Virus record (IMG/VR): IMGVR_UViG_3300017991_000003
Location: 129,019-193,018 of that record
DNA: 64,000 nucleotides
Direction: 5' to 3' (one strand)
Source: a virus
Shown: positions 15,712 through 25,560 of the stretch, piece after piece
Numbering within the stretch: position 1 is the stretch's first letter
Layout: every line of letters begins with the position of its first letter
The notes under the pieces: generated by a model
Database searches by the model: none
The model's input: the letters and a program-made list of their open reading frames with translations, nothing else
What the model was told of the DNA's origin: nothing
Program-made: the position numbers and the translations under genes

Positions 15712-16778
15712 TGACGTCCCACAAGAGTACCCACAAGGACAAACTACCCGGCGGACTTGCGGACAAGATGCGAGATGCCGTCTTCGCGGCCTCCGCCCTC
15801 AAGGCGGGAACCAAGGTGGAGATGGAGCATACTGATGATCCGCAGCTAGCCAAGGAGGTAGCTAAGGACCATCTCGCCGAGGATCCGCAGTACTACAAGA
15901 AGCTGCGGAAGATGGAGAAGAAGGCCGGTGGCTACGCCACCGGCTCGGTTGAGGTCGCCTCGCAGGTAGGTCGTAGGGTCTTGCCCGCCTGGAGCCGGTC
16001 GAAGAAGATTCCCGCGGGAGCGAAGCGTGCCGCAGGTATGGTTAGGCAGCAGCCGTTCGCCCCTGGTGGGAAAAACAGCCTGATCCCCGCTTCGTCGACG
16101 ACTCGCAAGCCGCTCCCGACCTTCACCTCGACATCCAAGCCGATGAGCATGGCCAAGGCCGCGATGCTGCAAGGCATGGTGAACACGCTGGCTAAAGAGG
16201 CGGGGTGGGTGGATAAGCTCAAAGGCGGAGCCAAGAAGGCTCCCGGTGTGATCGCCCGAGAGGGCGCAGGCATCGCAACGTGGGGAGTCGGGGAAGGGGT
16301 GGCCAACAAGCTCATTCCCCGGTGGAAGCCCCCGACCCCGCGCGTGAAAGTGGCTGGGGTTGATAAGGAGGCCATCCTTCAGGCCTTGCTATGGGCGCCG
16401 GCCCTGTATGAAGGGGCCAAGGCCGCCGGCCGCGTAGCGGCTAAACCGTTCAAATCCCTCAAGCGTGGGCTAGCCCCGAAGAGCCCCAAGATCCAAGGAC
16501 CGCACCCTGAAGTGCGCGCTGCGAACACCCCTGAGGTGGCTAAGGTCGCGGTATGGGGGACGCTCGCCCGTGTGGCTACTAAGCTGGCCCCTCGATTGGC
16601 TAAGGTGGCTCCGAAGACGAGTGCCCGTCTAGCGACGGCTACGCCGCAATCTACCAAGGCGCTCGCAGGACGCGCCGGTAAGGCGGCTGCTAGGGATGCG
16701 GCGCTGGGAGCCGGTACGATGGGCGCAGCTAACGCGGCAAGCCACGTGGCCCGACCGAAACGCCCTAACCCTCTGTAG
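15711..16778 (+). CDS. Lys/Ala-rich basic protein (355 aa), possible internal virion or DNA-associated protein
   Basis: Complete ORF; repeated AKxxxK segments; conserved-looking N-terminal block KVEMEHTDDPQLAKEVAKDHLAEDPQYYKKL. Confidence 0.5.
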   Translation: MTSHKSTHKDKLPGGLADKMRDAVFAASALKAGTKVEMEHTDDPQLAKEVAKDHLAEDPQYYKKLRKMEKKAGGYATGSVEVASQVGRRVLPAWSRSKKIPAGAKRAAGMVRQQPFAPGGKNSLIPASSTTRKPLPTFTSTSKPMSMAKAAMLQGMVNTLAKEAGWVDKLKGGAKKAPGVIAREGAGIATWGVGEGVANKLIPRWKPPTPRVKVAGVDKEAILQALLWAPALYEGAKAAGRVAAKPFKSLKRGLAPKSPKIQGPHPEVRAANTPEVAKVAVWGTLARVATKLAPRLAKVAPKTSARLATATPQSTKALAGRAGKAAARDAALGAGTMGAANAASHVARPKRPNPL

Positions 16779-16787
16779 GGATTAGAG

Positions 16788-19700
16788 ATGGCTGAGTTCA
16801 AGGACTGCCAGAGCCCGAGCCCCCTGACCGGGCGGATCGGCCCCGATCTGATCGAAGAGGTTGGCGGGGTCTCTCTGGCAGGTGTGTTGGCAGGCACGGA
16901 GACGCTGCCGGTTGGTGCAATCCCTGTCACAGCCCCGCTTTATGACAGTCCGAGCCCTACAGGTACGGCTATTGGACTGCGGTTGGATTCGAGCCTGACG
17001 GTTGATGCCCAGGGCCGGCTCAGTATTGCTGGAGCCCCATCGCCCGCGGCCCACGCCTCGAGCCACGAGCCTGGCGGGTCTGATCCGATCACCCCTGCTG
17101 CCTTTGACGGGCTTATCACCCCGCCGGTCGCCACGACGGTTGTCCTTGGCGGTGTCAAGGACGGTGACGGCGTCTCGATCGCCGGTGACGGCACCCTGAC
17201 CCTCGATCTGGCCGCCGCCAGTGGCCTCGAGATCAGCGGCGGGACCCTGAGACTGGCACTGGGTACCGGTGTCAGCTTCAGCGGCAACGATCTGGTCCTG
17301 GACGAGGCCACGGACTCCACGCTGGGCGGCATCATCGCCGGCACGGGTCTATCAGTCAGCTCGGGTACGGCGAGCCTCAACGCCCCCCAAGTCACGGGAG
17401 CCTCCCTAGCGGGCAGCACTCTGGTCTGGGATACCAGCCCGAGTGCCCAGAGTCCCAGCCCTGCTCTGAGGCTTCCGGCGAGCTTCACGTACACCAAGGC
17501 GATCCCGCAGTCGCAGCTGCCGACCGCGGCCTACGGCAGCCCGGGCAGCTCGAGCCCCAGCCCGCAGCTCGGCCTTGTCCGCATCTATGGCCCGAGCGAG
17601 GGCCTGACGCTTAGCGATGGGCTCCTGTCGCTGGCGACTCCGATCAGCACGGATCACCTACCCACCGCTACTGGTCTAGGTGGGCGAGGCATCGTCCGCG
17701 CGGGCCTACTTGACGGTACGGGCGTCTACGTCTCCAACAGTACGACCGGCCAGCTGGCGATCCTGATTGACGCCACGTCGGACACGTTGGCGTTGTCGTC
17801 GAGCGGGATCAAGGTCAAGTCCAATCGCTTCCTGGCGCTGACTGGCACCGGTAACCTCCCCAGCCCCGCGGCGAGCCCGAGCCCGGGGACTGACGGCTGG
17901 ATGACCGGGTCGGTTCGATTCACCAACGACCTGGGTGAGCCTGCGATCCGCACCGGTAACCAGCGGATCCGCTACGAGTTCGGGGCCAGCCCGTCTCCCG
18001 GGGCGATCCTGGCATCGGCTGATCTAAGCGATCTACTAACGTACCAGGAGATCAGCACACTCATCTCCCAGGCTGAGCTTGGTGTCGAGGTTTGGACTCC
18101 TGGGCGACCTGTGCAGGCAGAGCCGGGTACGAGCCTAGGTGCGTTGGCGGAGCTCTCGGCCGGGGATCGGTTCCTTACGAGCACGTCGTCCAACACCAAC
18201 CCCGGCGGTGACTGGAATGCGCACAACTGCGTGTTCGCGGTCTGGACGGAAACGGCTCCCGATACCTTTACCTGGGTCTATGAGACCCCCACGGTCAACA
18301 CCTGGTTCACAGACGACGTAACTGGGGACACGTGGGCTGTTGTTGTCGGCTCCCCCTCCCCGAAGTCGCCCTCACCGAACCCGTCGCGAGAGGCTTTCCG
18401 GTATCGCGCTCGTCAAGATGACACAGCATCGACGGCCCGAGCTGGTCGCGTGCGTGTCCCGACGACCAGTGGCCTCGTCATGGACGGCGAGGATATTCGG
18501 CTATCCCTCGCCTCGGACATCGGGGTCAGTACGGGCCTGCGTCTGATCACCCGAGCTCGCAACAACGCGCTAGCTCTCGATCTCAGCCGGTCCCAAGGGA
18601 TCTTGGAGCTCAACTCCGACGGGCGCCTTCAGGTTGCCGCGTCCTCGATCCAGGCCACGGAGATCGCGGACAACACCATCGTCCTCGACAACCTGGCCGC
18701 GGATCAGGTGACAGGCGGTACCAAAGACTTCATCGCCACGCAGTACGACGGGCTATCCGTCCGGCTGGTGGGGGACTCGGAAGACTTCCGCGTCACTGGG
18801 GCGCCTGTCAGCACGGCTACGACCATTCTGATCCACACCGAGGACGGTATCGGTGTGGCGGAGGAGTCGATCAACACTGACGCTCTCTCGGACGAGGCGG
18901 TTAGCTACAGCAAACTCCTGATGCCCACGGCCTCCGGTCTGGAGGACAACGGGCAGGACAAGGTCCGGGTCAAGCTCCAGACCCGCAGCGGCCTCGAGCG
19001 AACGGTGGATGGCCTGGCGGTCAACATCCATGACGTGGTGGACGATGCCACGATTGAGCTCGACACATCCACGGGCGGCTTGCGCGTCAAGACAGGTAGC
19101 CTGACGTCGTCGTACTTCGCGTCGGGCCTGGCGATCTCGGCCTCGGTCCTCACGCTGGGAGCCCCTATGCTCTCGTCGAGCGGGCTCCTGACCTTCTGCT
19201 ACCAGAGCCCTCTGGTCCTGACCGGCAGCCCCGGCTGCTTGACGATCGGCGAAGGCTTGATCAGCTCGCCGTATCTCGGCACCGGGTCGGTCAGCTACGC
19301 CAAGCTCAAGCTGGCGAGCCCCTCCGGCATCACGCAGACGGCCGGCGGTATCAAGGTCGACATCTCGACGGGTCTCGCCTTCAGCGGCAACCAGATCGTG
19401 GTCGACCAGGTGCCGGCAGACGCGATGGCACTGGATGCGGATTCGGCGTTGTACGCCGCTAGCCCGACCAGTCCGCTGACGCAGCTGGAGCTGAGCATCC
19501 GGGTCAGCAGCCCGTTCACGCAGACGGGTGGTACGCTGGATCTAGCGGACGAGGGTGTTCAGGTGAGTCACCTGGATCGCTCCAAGCTGCGCGGTAGCTT
19601 CCTGGCCAGCGGCCTCGAGGCCGGCCTAGGTACCCAGACCAGTCCCTTCGACTCTTGGGTCACGAGCCCGGCGTTCTACACCGGCTCGGACGCCCCGGGT

Positions 19701-20576
19701 ATGCGGGTGGCTACGCGGACGCGATCCGATCACGACTACCTGGATGCGGCGGGTCAGGGACAAGGCACGTTCGAGCCCTATAGCTTGACGCTGCTTCAAC
19801 TTGGTGGCACGCCCTCGGGCAGCGACTACCAGAACCGACTGGCCCCGACGCTCAACAGCATCGGTCTTCCGCACCTAGCCCTCGGCAACGAGACCCTGGC
19901 CCCCACGGACTCCGATCGGCTGCCGACTGGTTTCGGTAGCTACAAGGCGCTGGTCCAGAGCGGGAAGCTGCCCACGAGCCCGGTGACGAGCCGCGGCTGG
20001 GCAGTGGCTAACCTGTCGGAGAACATCCCAGCTGTCCGAGTCGGTCCGGGCCTCAGCATCACGGCTGCGGGCTTCGTGGTTCCGAGCGATGTCCAGGCGG
20101 ATCAGATCCTCCTGGGCACCACGTCTCGCGAGACCAGTCCGCGCGGGGTCTCGAGTCTTGCGCTTGTGCGTGACGGGGGATTGAGCAGCCCGGTCACGGA
20201 TGGGGCGCTGGCGCTCGGCTACGACGTATCGGACTTCGAGGTCACCTCGGCGCTTGGCCTTGGCCGACGTCAGGCGTACCAAGAGGAGTACACGGGCGCC
20301 TCGGTTCCCGCAGCGGCGAGCGGGTACTACACCTTCGCTCTGACGCTGGGGAGCTCGCAAGGCCTTGTGCCCGGCACGGTGTCGGTCCACGTCAACGGCC
20401 TACGTCTCGAAAGCCCCTTCTTCAGCTACACCAGCCCCTCGATCACCTCGAAGGAGGTGTACCTCAACGAGTCGGCAAGCCCTGGCCCCAACCTGGCCTA
20501 CACGTTGAGCCAGTCTACTAGCCCGGACGTTCTTGACCGGGTTGTCATTCGCTATCGAACCCGTCCGACCTCATGA
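16788..20576 (+). CDS. large fibrous structural protein (1262 aa) with recurring SPSP motifs
   Basis: Uninterrupted 3.8-kb ORF with Ser/Thr/Gly/Ala/Leu-rich fibre-like repeats (GTLTLDLAAASGLEISGGTLRLALGTG...) and at least eight S-P-S-P motifs with varying codons. Confidence 0.6.
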   Translation: MAEFKDCQSPSPLTGRIGPDLIEEVGGVSLAGVLAGTETLPVGAIPVTAPLYDSPSPTGTAIGLRLDSSLTVDAQGRLSIAGAPSPAAHASSHEPGGSDPITPAAFDGLITPPVATTVVLGGVKDGDGVSIAGDGTLTLDLAAASGLEISGGTLRLALGTGVSFSGNDLVLDEATDSTLGGIIAGTGLSVSSGTASLNAPQVTGASLAGSTLVWDTSPSAQSPSPALRLPASFTYTKAIPQSQLPTAAYGSPGSSSPSPQLGLVRIYGPSEGLTLSDGLLSLATPISTDHLPTATGLGGRGIVRAGLLDGTGVYVSNSTTGQLAILIDATSDTLALSSSGIKVKSNRFLALTGTGNLPSPAASPSPGTDGWMTGSVRFTNDLGEPAIRTGNQRIRYEFGASPSPGAILASADLSDLLTYQEISTLISQAELGVEVWTPGRPVQAEPGTSLGALAELSAGDRFLTSTSSNTNPGGDWNAHNCVFAVWTETAPDTFTWVYETPTVNTWFTDDVTGDTWAVVVGSPSPKSPSPNPSREAFRYRARQDDTASTARAGRVRVPTTSGLVMDGEDIRLSLASDIGVSTGLRLITRARNNALALDLSRSQGILELNSDGRLQVAASSIQATEIADNTIVLDNLAADQVTGGTKDFIATQYDGLSVRLVGDSEDFRVTGAPVSTATTILIHTEDGIGVAEESINTDALSDEAVSYSKLLMPTASGLEDNGQDKVRVKLQTRSGLERTVDGLAVNIHDVVDDATIELDTSTGGLRVKTGSLTSSYFASGLAISASVLTLGAPMLSSSGLLTFCYQSPLVLTGSPGCLTIGEGLISSPYLGTGSVSYAKLKLASPSGITQTAGGIKVDISTGLAFSGNQIVVDQVPADAMALDADSALYAASPTSPLTQLELSIRVSSPFTQTGGTLDLADEGVQVSHLDRSKLRGSFLASGLEAGLGTQTSPFDSWVTSPAFYTGSDAPGMRVATRTRSDHDYLDAAGQGQGTFEPYSLTLLQLGGTPSGSDYQNRLAPTLNSIGLPHLALGNETLAPTDSDRLPTGFGSYKALVQSGKLPTSPVTSRGWAVANLSENIPAVRVGPGLSITAAGFVVPSDVQADQILLGTTSRETSPRGVSSLALVRDGGLSSPVTDGALALGYDVSDFEVTSALGLGRRQAYQEEYTGASVPAAASGYYTFALTLGSSQGLVPGTVSVHVNGLRLESPFFSYTSPSITSKEVYLNESASPGPNLAYTLSQSTSPDVLDRVVIRYRTRPTS

Positions 20577-21112
20577 CTCTCAAGCGCGTCACTTGGGTAG
20601 GTGATCGTCACCGCCCCCGTCCTCGCTACCGCGGTTTCCGTCGCGGCGTCCCTCAGCTAGTGACCAAAGAGGTTGCTGATCTCATGATTCGGGATCACGG
20701 TCCTGATGTGATCGTGGCTGATCGACTAACTAAGGTGGCTGAGCATGTGGGCGTTGATGTCGAGCGTCGCGAGTTTGAGCAGACTACCCGCGGCGAGGGC
20801 GATGAGCGTCCGCGGTGGCGCGGTCCTGAGGCTAACGCTCCCGCGTACCGAGGCACCCCATCGCACCGGATCAACTTCTCGTGGTCGGCTCGAGGAGCTA
20901 CCTTTCGGCCTGTGCAATACCGAGTGTACCGCGGGACAAGCCTGGATAACCTCCAGCTCCTGACCACGCAGGACGCTGACTCAGCTCGAGTGAGCGTTGA
21001 TACCACAGTCGCGGGCCGCACGACGTACTACTACGGTGTGTCCTATGTCGACAACCGCGGCTTCGAGAGCGAGATCACGATCGCTGGATCAGCCACCACA
21101 CCCACTTTCTGA
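20573..21112 (+). CDS. hypothetical protein (179 aa), paralog A with FN3/Ig-like C-terminus
   Basis: ATGA overlap with upstream stop. Shares KRVTWVGDR, DLMIRD..VIVADRLTKVAEHVG, RWRGP, YRVYRGT and TYYYGVSYVDNRGFESE with the next gene. Confidence 0.5.
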   Translation: MTLKRVTWVGDRHRPRPRYRGFRRGVPQLVTKEVADLMIRDHGPDVIVADRLTKVAEHVGVDVERREFEQTTRGEGDERPRWRGPEANAPAYRGTPSHRINFSWSARGATFRPVQYRVYRGTSLDNLQLLTTQDADSARVSVDTTVAGRTTYYYGVSYVDNRGFESEITIAGSATTPTF

Positions 21113-21131
21113 CCTCTAACCCCACAGACTC

Positions 21132-21674
21132 ATGACGACCTCTATTCGAAAGCGGGTGAGCTGGTTCGGTGACCGGACCACGCGCATCCCCAAGCATCGC
21201 GGGCTTCACCCGAGCGGTACTCCGACGGAGATGCCTGAAGATGATGCCAACGACCTGATCCGAGACTATCCCAGTCACCTCGTGGTGGCTGACCCGATCA
21301 CGTTGGTTGCGGAGCACATCGGTGAAGAGGTGGACCGGAAGGAGTTCTACGACGCTGGATACCGCTCCTACGGTACGCAGCCTGTGAAGTGGAAAGGCCC
21401 TGCGGTGACCTCGGTCACGCCGACGGCCAGCCCGGCTACGTCGCCTACGATCGTGTGGGACGCGATGCCCGCTCGGTTTGCTCCTCAGAGCTATCAGCTG
21501 TACCGAGGTACCGCGGCAGCGCCGAAAACGACGCTGGTGGGCTCGACTACCCTCCTGACGCTCAGCGAGGCCCCGCCGGCTCAAGGCACCTACATCTACA
21601 GCGTGACCTACACGGATCCCCACGGGTATGAGAGCGACGTCGGTACGTCGGTGTCTCACTACTCGTCTCCGTGA
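21132..21674 (+). CDS. hypothetical protein (180 aa), paralog B
   Basis: KRVSWFGDR, DLIRD..LVVADPITLVAEHIG, KWKGP, YQLYRGT and TYIYSVTYTDPHGYESD; clear tandem duplicate of 20573..21112. Confidence 0.5.
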   Translation: MTTSIRKRVSWFGDRTTRIPKHRGLHPSGTPTEMPEDDANDLIRDYPSHLVVADPITLVAEHIGEEVDRKEFYDAGYRSYGTQPVKWKGPAVTSVTPTASPATSPTIVWDAMPARFAPQSYQLYRGTAAAPKTTLVGSTTLLTLSEAPPAQGTYIYSVTYTDPHGYESDVGTSVSHYSSP

Positions 21675-21697
21675 TACGATCCCACTAACGACACGTC

Positions 21698-22720
21698 ATG
21701 GTCCACATCAAACAGGTTCGTGGGGTCCCCAGCTATCTGAGCTTGGCGACCCCGCTCACCCCGCAGGGTGACACGGTGACCCAGGTCATCACTGGGCAGA
21801 AGACGTGGACCACGAGCGCGAGCACTAACGACCGTAGCGCGCTGGCCGCTAGTGTCCCCGGACGCTTCGACTCGAACGGTACGGACGAGGCTGCTGCGGC
21901 GTTGTTCGGGGCCTCAAGCGGTATCTTCCGCTCGACGCTCGGGTTCTGGGGTAACAGCGAGGCCAATGGCATGCTGTCCTGGGCGCCGATCGCCACCCCG
22001 GTCAATCAGGACTTCGGCCGGTTCATGATCACCAACAGCCGCACGGCTACTGGTGATGCTTGGGACCCCGCGACTAATGGTGGTGCGGATACCGGCGTCA
22101 GCGGCTTGGTGCAGTACTACGCGGAGTTCCCGGCGCTGCGGCAGTCCGTGCCTGTGGCTTCGCCATCTGACTACGCAGATGAGACGGGGCTACCGGCGCC
22201 TCCTCTTACTTTCGGCCACCTCAAGCTGTTCGCTCGTCAGGGCAACCCAGCCTACGGGTATGAGGCAAGCCCTGGGCGGGAGTTCGGGCTTAGCTACCTG
22301 TCCTACAGCGTTCCTTCGGGATCGATCGAAGAAGACATCGCGACATATCAGCGCGCTGATGTGCGGTACGGGGCGGCTCAGGTATCGCACATCCATGTGG
22401 ACACGTGGAGCCCGTCGACCACGATCTACCCCTTCGTGGCTCCGGGAGACGTTCGCATCACGCAGCTTGCTCTCATCGGGTCAGCAACCGTAGCCACATC
22501 TACCCTATCTGGCTACAACCACGCGCAGGTGAGTCCGGGCTACCTCTTCTCCGCAAGCCCTGTGTCGGCTATTGGCGCCGGCTCCCCGGTGAGCTACTCG
22601 CCTGATCAGTACCGAACGATGGCCCAGGGGGATTGGCTCAGCCTTAGCTGGGCCGGCTCCTCGAGCCCCCTCACCAACCTGACGATCAGCGTCTCCTATA
22701 ACCCCATCTATCCGAGCTGA
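21698..22720 (+). CDS. hypothetical structural protein (340 aa)
   Basis: Complete ORF; Ser/Thr/Gly-rich; within the structural operon. Confidence 0.5.
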   Translation: MVHIKQVRGVPSYLSLATPLTPQGDTVTQVITGQKTWTTSASTNDRSALAASVPGRFDSNGTDEAAAALFGASSGIFRSTLGFWGNSEANGMLSWAPIATPVNQDFGRFMITNSRTATGDAWDPATNGGADTGVSGLVQYYAEFPALRQSVPVASPSDYADETGLPAPPLTFGHLKLFARQGNPAYGYEASPGREFGLSYLSYSVPSGSIEEDIATYQRADVRYGAAQVSHIHVDTWSPSTTIYPFVAPGDVRITQLALIGSATVATSTLSGYNHAQVSPGYLFSASPVSAIGAGSPVSYSPDQYRTMAQGDWLSLSWAGSSSPLTNLTISVSYNPIYPS

Positions 22721-22722
22721 CT

Positions 22723-25011
22723 ATGTCGAAGAACCCCCTGAACCTGGGTAAGCACGCGGCACACTACGGTCAGATCGAAATGATCGACGGGGCCTACCTG
22801 CTGAAAGGCACCGCCACCACGTACATGGTCCTGTACGGTGCCGGCACTGCGCTGGATCGGGGTCAGGTGACTGTGCTGGACGCTATTTCCGGTTACGCAG
22901 TGATCGACCGAGCTCTGGTAGGGGTACGCGGGGCTGGTAAGCTCAAGCCCGCAGCGCCGGTCGCGGCGATAAGCCATGAGGTCAAGGTGAGCGCTAAAGG
23001 CCCCATCCTGTCGACCTTGTATGAGGATGTCATTGACGGCATCACCCGCCGCCGGGAGCACGCCTACTGGGTTGAGGGTAACTGCGTGCATGTGCTGATC
23101 TCTCAGCAGGGCGCGGGATCAACCGAGTATGAGTCCAACTACTCAGGGGTCTACGGCGGTCGCTTTGATGATGAGCTCGCCGCGGATCTGGTGGAGATGA
23201 CGGGCACGCTGACGGTCCCCACTGTGTCGGCGATGATCAAGGAGTCGGGAGAGCCCGAGAAGCCGCGGTTCTTCTCGCACATGATGGACCTTGGCTGGTC
23301 ACACGCTTCGGCGTTTGATCTGCCTAACCCAGCTGTGGTCGAGGATCCACACGCCTGGACGTACTCTACTGCGGGTAAGTACAAGAAGAACACCGCTGGA
23401 GCCCTGCAAGGGCCTCTTCAAGAGATGCTGCTGGGGTCCGCGTCGTATGACATCGTCGACTGCTTGGTCCACCCAGCACAGTCCGCTCCCCGTATTCCCA
23501 AGCGATCACTACAGCCTTGGACGCTCTTGACCAGTCGCGGCGAGTCGTGGGATCACTTCGAGAAGTACCTCGAGTGGCGTGCGGAGATGGGTATGACCAG
23601 TGGGGTGATCTACCCCATGTTCTGGTGGCAGGAGATCAACTACCCTCCGAGCGTGGTTCAGGCCAACGGCCAGCACTGGTATCCCGCCGGCGATCACGAG
23701 GGTTTCGCCAGCTTCTGCGCTATGGCCCGTGCGCTTGGCTTCGACGTCGGCGGCTACACCTTGTGGGGCATTCAGAAGGAGACTGTCCCTAACTACAACC
23801 CAGGTGATCGGGTACTCGAGAGCAGCGGTGCCCCGCGCCCGTCGGTGTGGGAGTCCAATGTGTGGCTTAGTCGGGAAGAGCAGACGCAGAAGTACATGGA
23901 CCTGTACCTGCCTAAGCTTCGAGATGAGTACCACTGGAGCATGATCTTCTACGACGTGGAGACCTACGCAGATCCCACGCACGGCAACGGGGATCACGTG
24001 GACATGACGGCCGGCAGCCTGTGCGGAACGCTGGCTGGCTGCATCGCTGCGCGTCGAGAATGGATGCAGTACGGACAGGACGTCCTAGGCCCGGACGCGT
24101 TTGCTCATGGCGAAGGTAGTCGAGGCGGCTACCTAAATGATCAGGAGTACCTGTGGGCCGGTGTGATGACTGGCTTGAACAAGTCGATCAACACCAACAG
24201 CGGTAAGGAGGAGATCCAGACCACCGACCCTGATCGCACGATGCTCAGCTGGCCTATGGCTCTTGAGTACGTGTGGGCCGTGGAGAACCAGGTGTTCGCT
24301 CATACGCCTAACTTCCCAGGACGCACCTTCTCCCCCAACGACGCGAGTCTCCAAGACCCCGGAGTCGGCGGCCTCTTCCCATTCAGTGTGAAGATGGTGG
24401 ATGCGCTACGAGCTGTGAACTTGATGCACGGCCGTATGGGTGCTCTTCCGATCAATGGACAAGGGCACGAGGCTTTCCTGTCAAAGCGCGAGCAGGTCAA
24501 GGAGTACTACATCGCCTCGGCGATCTCAGCCTTCACGCGTGACCTCAGCGTCCCCACGATCCACTACCACAGCGACGAGCACGGCTATGAGACCTTCTCG
24601 CAGCGCTACGCTCGTACAGGTCTAGACGGCTTCCGCCGTACACGTGTACGCCTGGTCTTCGAGTCAGGTCTCGAGGTCTATGTGAGCCTGGACAAGCAGC
24701 CGTGGGTTCTGCCTGACCGGTTTGGTGTGACGATCGAGGAGTTCGGCTACTTCTGCTTTGGGTCGGTCAACAACACGCTGGTGGTGGGCGGTAGTTGCTC
24801 CGCTCCCGTCACAGGCAACAAGCGGGTTGACTTCGTCATGATCCCCGGCGTGCTCACGGCGGTGGATGGTCGCGGTGAGGTGACGAACTTCCTCGGCATG
24901 CCCGTGCCCGGAGGCCGGCTAGTGGTGCGCGACTACAAGAGGCAGTTCGTGATCAATGAGGGCACTGACGGGGTGCTGCACAAGTCGCTGACTACCTCGC
25001 ACGGGTTCTAG
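22723..25011 (+). CDS. large hypothetical protein (762 aa), possibly enzymatic (glycosidase-like) structural protein
   Basis: Complete ORF. Aromatic-rich central region (GVIYPMFWWQEINYPP, GGYTLWGIQKE, HWSMIFYDVETY) unlike the fibrous neighbours; function unverified. Confidence 0.5.
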   Translation: MSKNPLNLGKHAAHYGQIEMIDGAYLLKGTATTYMVLYGAGTALDRGQVTVLDAISGYAVIDRALVGVRGAGKLKPAAPVAAISHEVKVSAKGPILSTLYEDVIDGITRRREHAYWVEGNCVHVLISQQGAGSTEYESNYSGVYGGRFDDELAADLVEMTGTLTVPTVSAMIKESGEPEKPRFFSHMMDLGWSHASAFDLPNPAVVEDPHAWTYSTAGKYKKNTAGALQGPLQEMLLGSASYDIVDCLVHPAQSAPRIPKRSLQPWTLLTSRGESWDHFEKYLEWRAEMGMTSGVIYPMFWWQEINYPPSVVQANGQHWYPAGDHEGFASFCAMARALGFDVGGYTLWGIQKETVPNYNPGDRVLESSGAPRPSVWESNVWLSREEQTQKYMDLYLPKLRDEYHWSMIFYDVETYADPTHGNGDHVDMTAGSLCGTLAGCIAARREWMQYGQDVLGPDAFAHGEGSRGGYLNDQEYLWAGVMTGLNKSINTNSGKEEIQTTDPDRTMLSWPMALEYVWAVENQVFAHTPNFPGRTFSPNDASLQDPGVGGLFPFSVKMVDALRAVNLMHGRMGALPINGQGHEAFLSKREQVKEYYIASAISAFTRDLSVPTIHYHSDEHGYETFSQRYARTGLDGFRRTRVRLVFESGLEVYVSLDKQPWVLPDRFGVTIEEFGYFCFGSVNNTLVVGGSCSAPVTGNKRVDFVMIPGVLTAVDGRGEVTNFLGMPVPGGRLVVRDYKRQFVINEGTDGVLHKSLTTSHGF

Positions 25012-25013
25012 CT

Positions 25014-25035
25014 AAAAAAGAGCCCCGAAGGGCTC
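25014..25035 (-). terminator. intrinsic terminator (hairpin plus U-tract on the minus strand), possibly bidirectional
   Basis: Plus strand AAAAAAGAGCCCCGAAGGGCTC; on the minus strand GAGCCCTTCGGGGCTC is followed by TTTTTT. About 20 nt beyond the stop of leftward gene 25057..25560 and a few nt after the stop of plus gene 22723..25011. Confidence 0.55.
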
Positions 25036-25056
25036 CTAGACCTTGTTCGGGCCTAA

Positions 25057-25560
25057 CTAGGGCGAGCTCTCGTTGATGCGTAGCTGGGCTACGATCGGCC
25101 AGTACAGGCAGTTCGAGACGCTGTTGTAGACGACATACGAGATGTGATCTCGAGGCTCAGCTCGTCGATTGACGCTCTGCGCAATGAAGCGAGCTTGTCG
25201 GCAGTCTGCACGCTGTAGCGCGGGAAGCAGCCAACCAGCAGGCTCTGTGCGGGATCCCTCTTTCCGTGGGACGCGTCCGGCTTCGATCGTGGCGACGACC
25301 GTACCTGTTCGACGACCTGTCTTGGACGAGGGTCGCCAAACCACCTGATCCCCTACCGCGAAGTCCGCGTAGCCACGCAAGGCTGGGAGGATCGGAACAG
25401 GTTGAAGGTACCAATACACGGTGGCGTCTGTGGCGTAGCGCGGGTTCGTTTCGTAGTAGCGCTTCTTGGCCATGTCCAGGCGGCGGATGGCCGCGGCCTC
25501 TGAGTACAGAACGACACCGATGGGGGTGTCGTTCTGCATCAGAACGTATGCGAGCTTCAT
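25057..25560 (-). CDS. hypothetical protein (167 aa), paralog of 25956..26513
   Basis: Complete ORF. Shares VGDQVVWRPSSKTGRRTGTVVATIEAGRVP and RDHISYVVYNSVSNCLYWPIVAQLR with VGSRVTWKSSSSGYTTQKTGQVVAIVPAGVRP and RNHVSYLVLVGNHLYWPRVSALR. Confidence 0.5.
   Translation of the reverse strand: MKLAYVLMQNDTPIGVVLYSEAAAIRRLDMAKKRYYETNPRYATDATVYWYLQPVPILPALRGYADFAVGDQVVWRPSSKTGRRTGTVVATIEAGRVPRKEGSRTEPAGWLLPALQRADCRQARFIAQSVNRRAEPRDHISYVVYNSVSNCLYWPIVAQLRINESSP

Noticed and set aside
16788-20576. SPSP motifs as a DNA-level tandem repeat
   Set aside because: The underlying codons differ between occurrences (agc ccg agc ccc, agt ccg agc cct, agc ccc agc ccg, and others), so the repeat is at protein level only.
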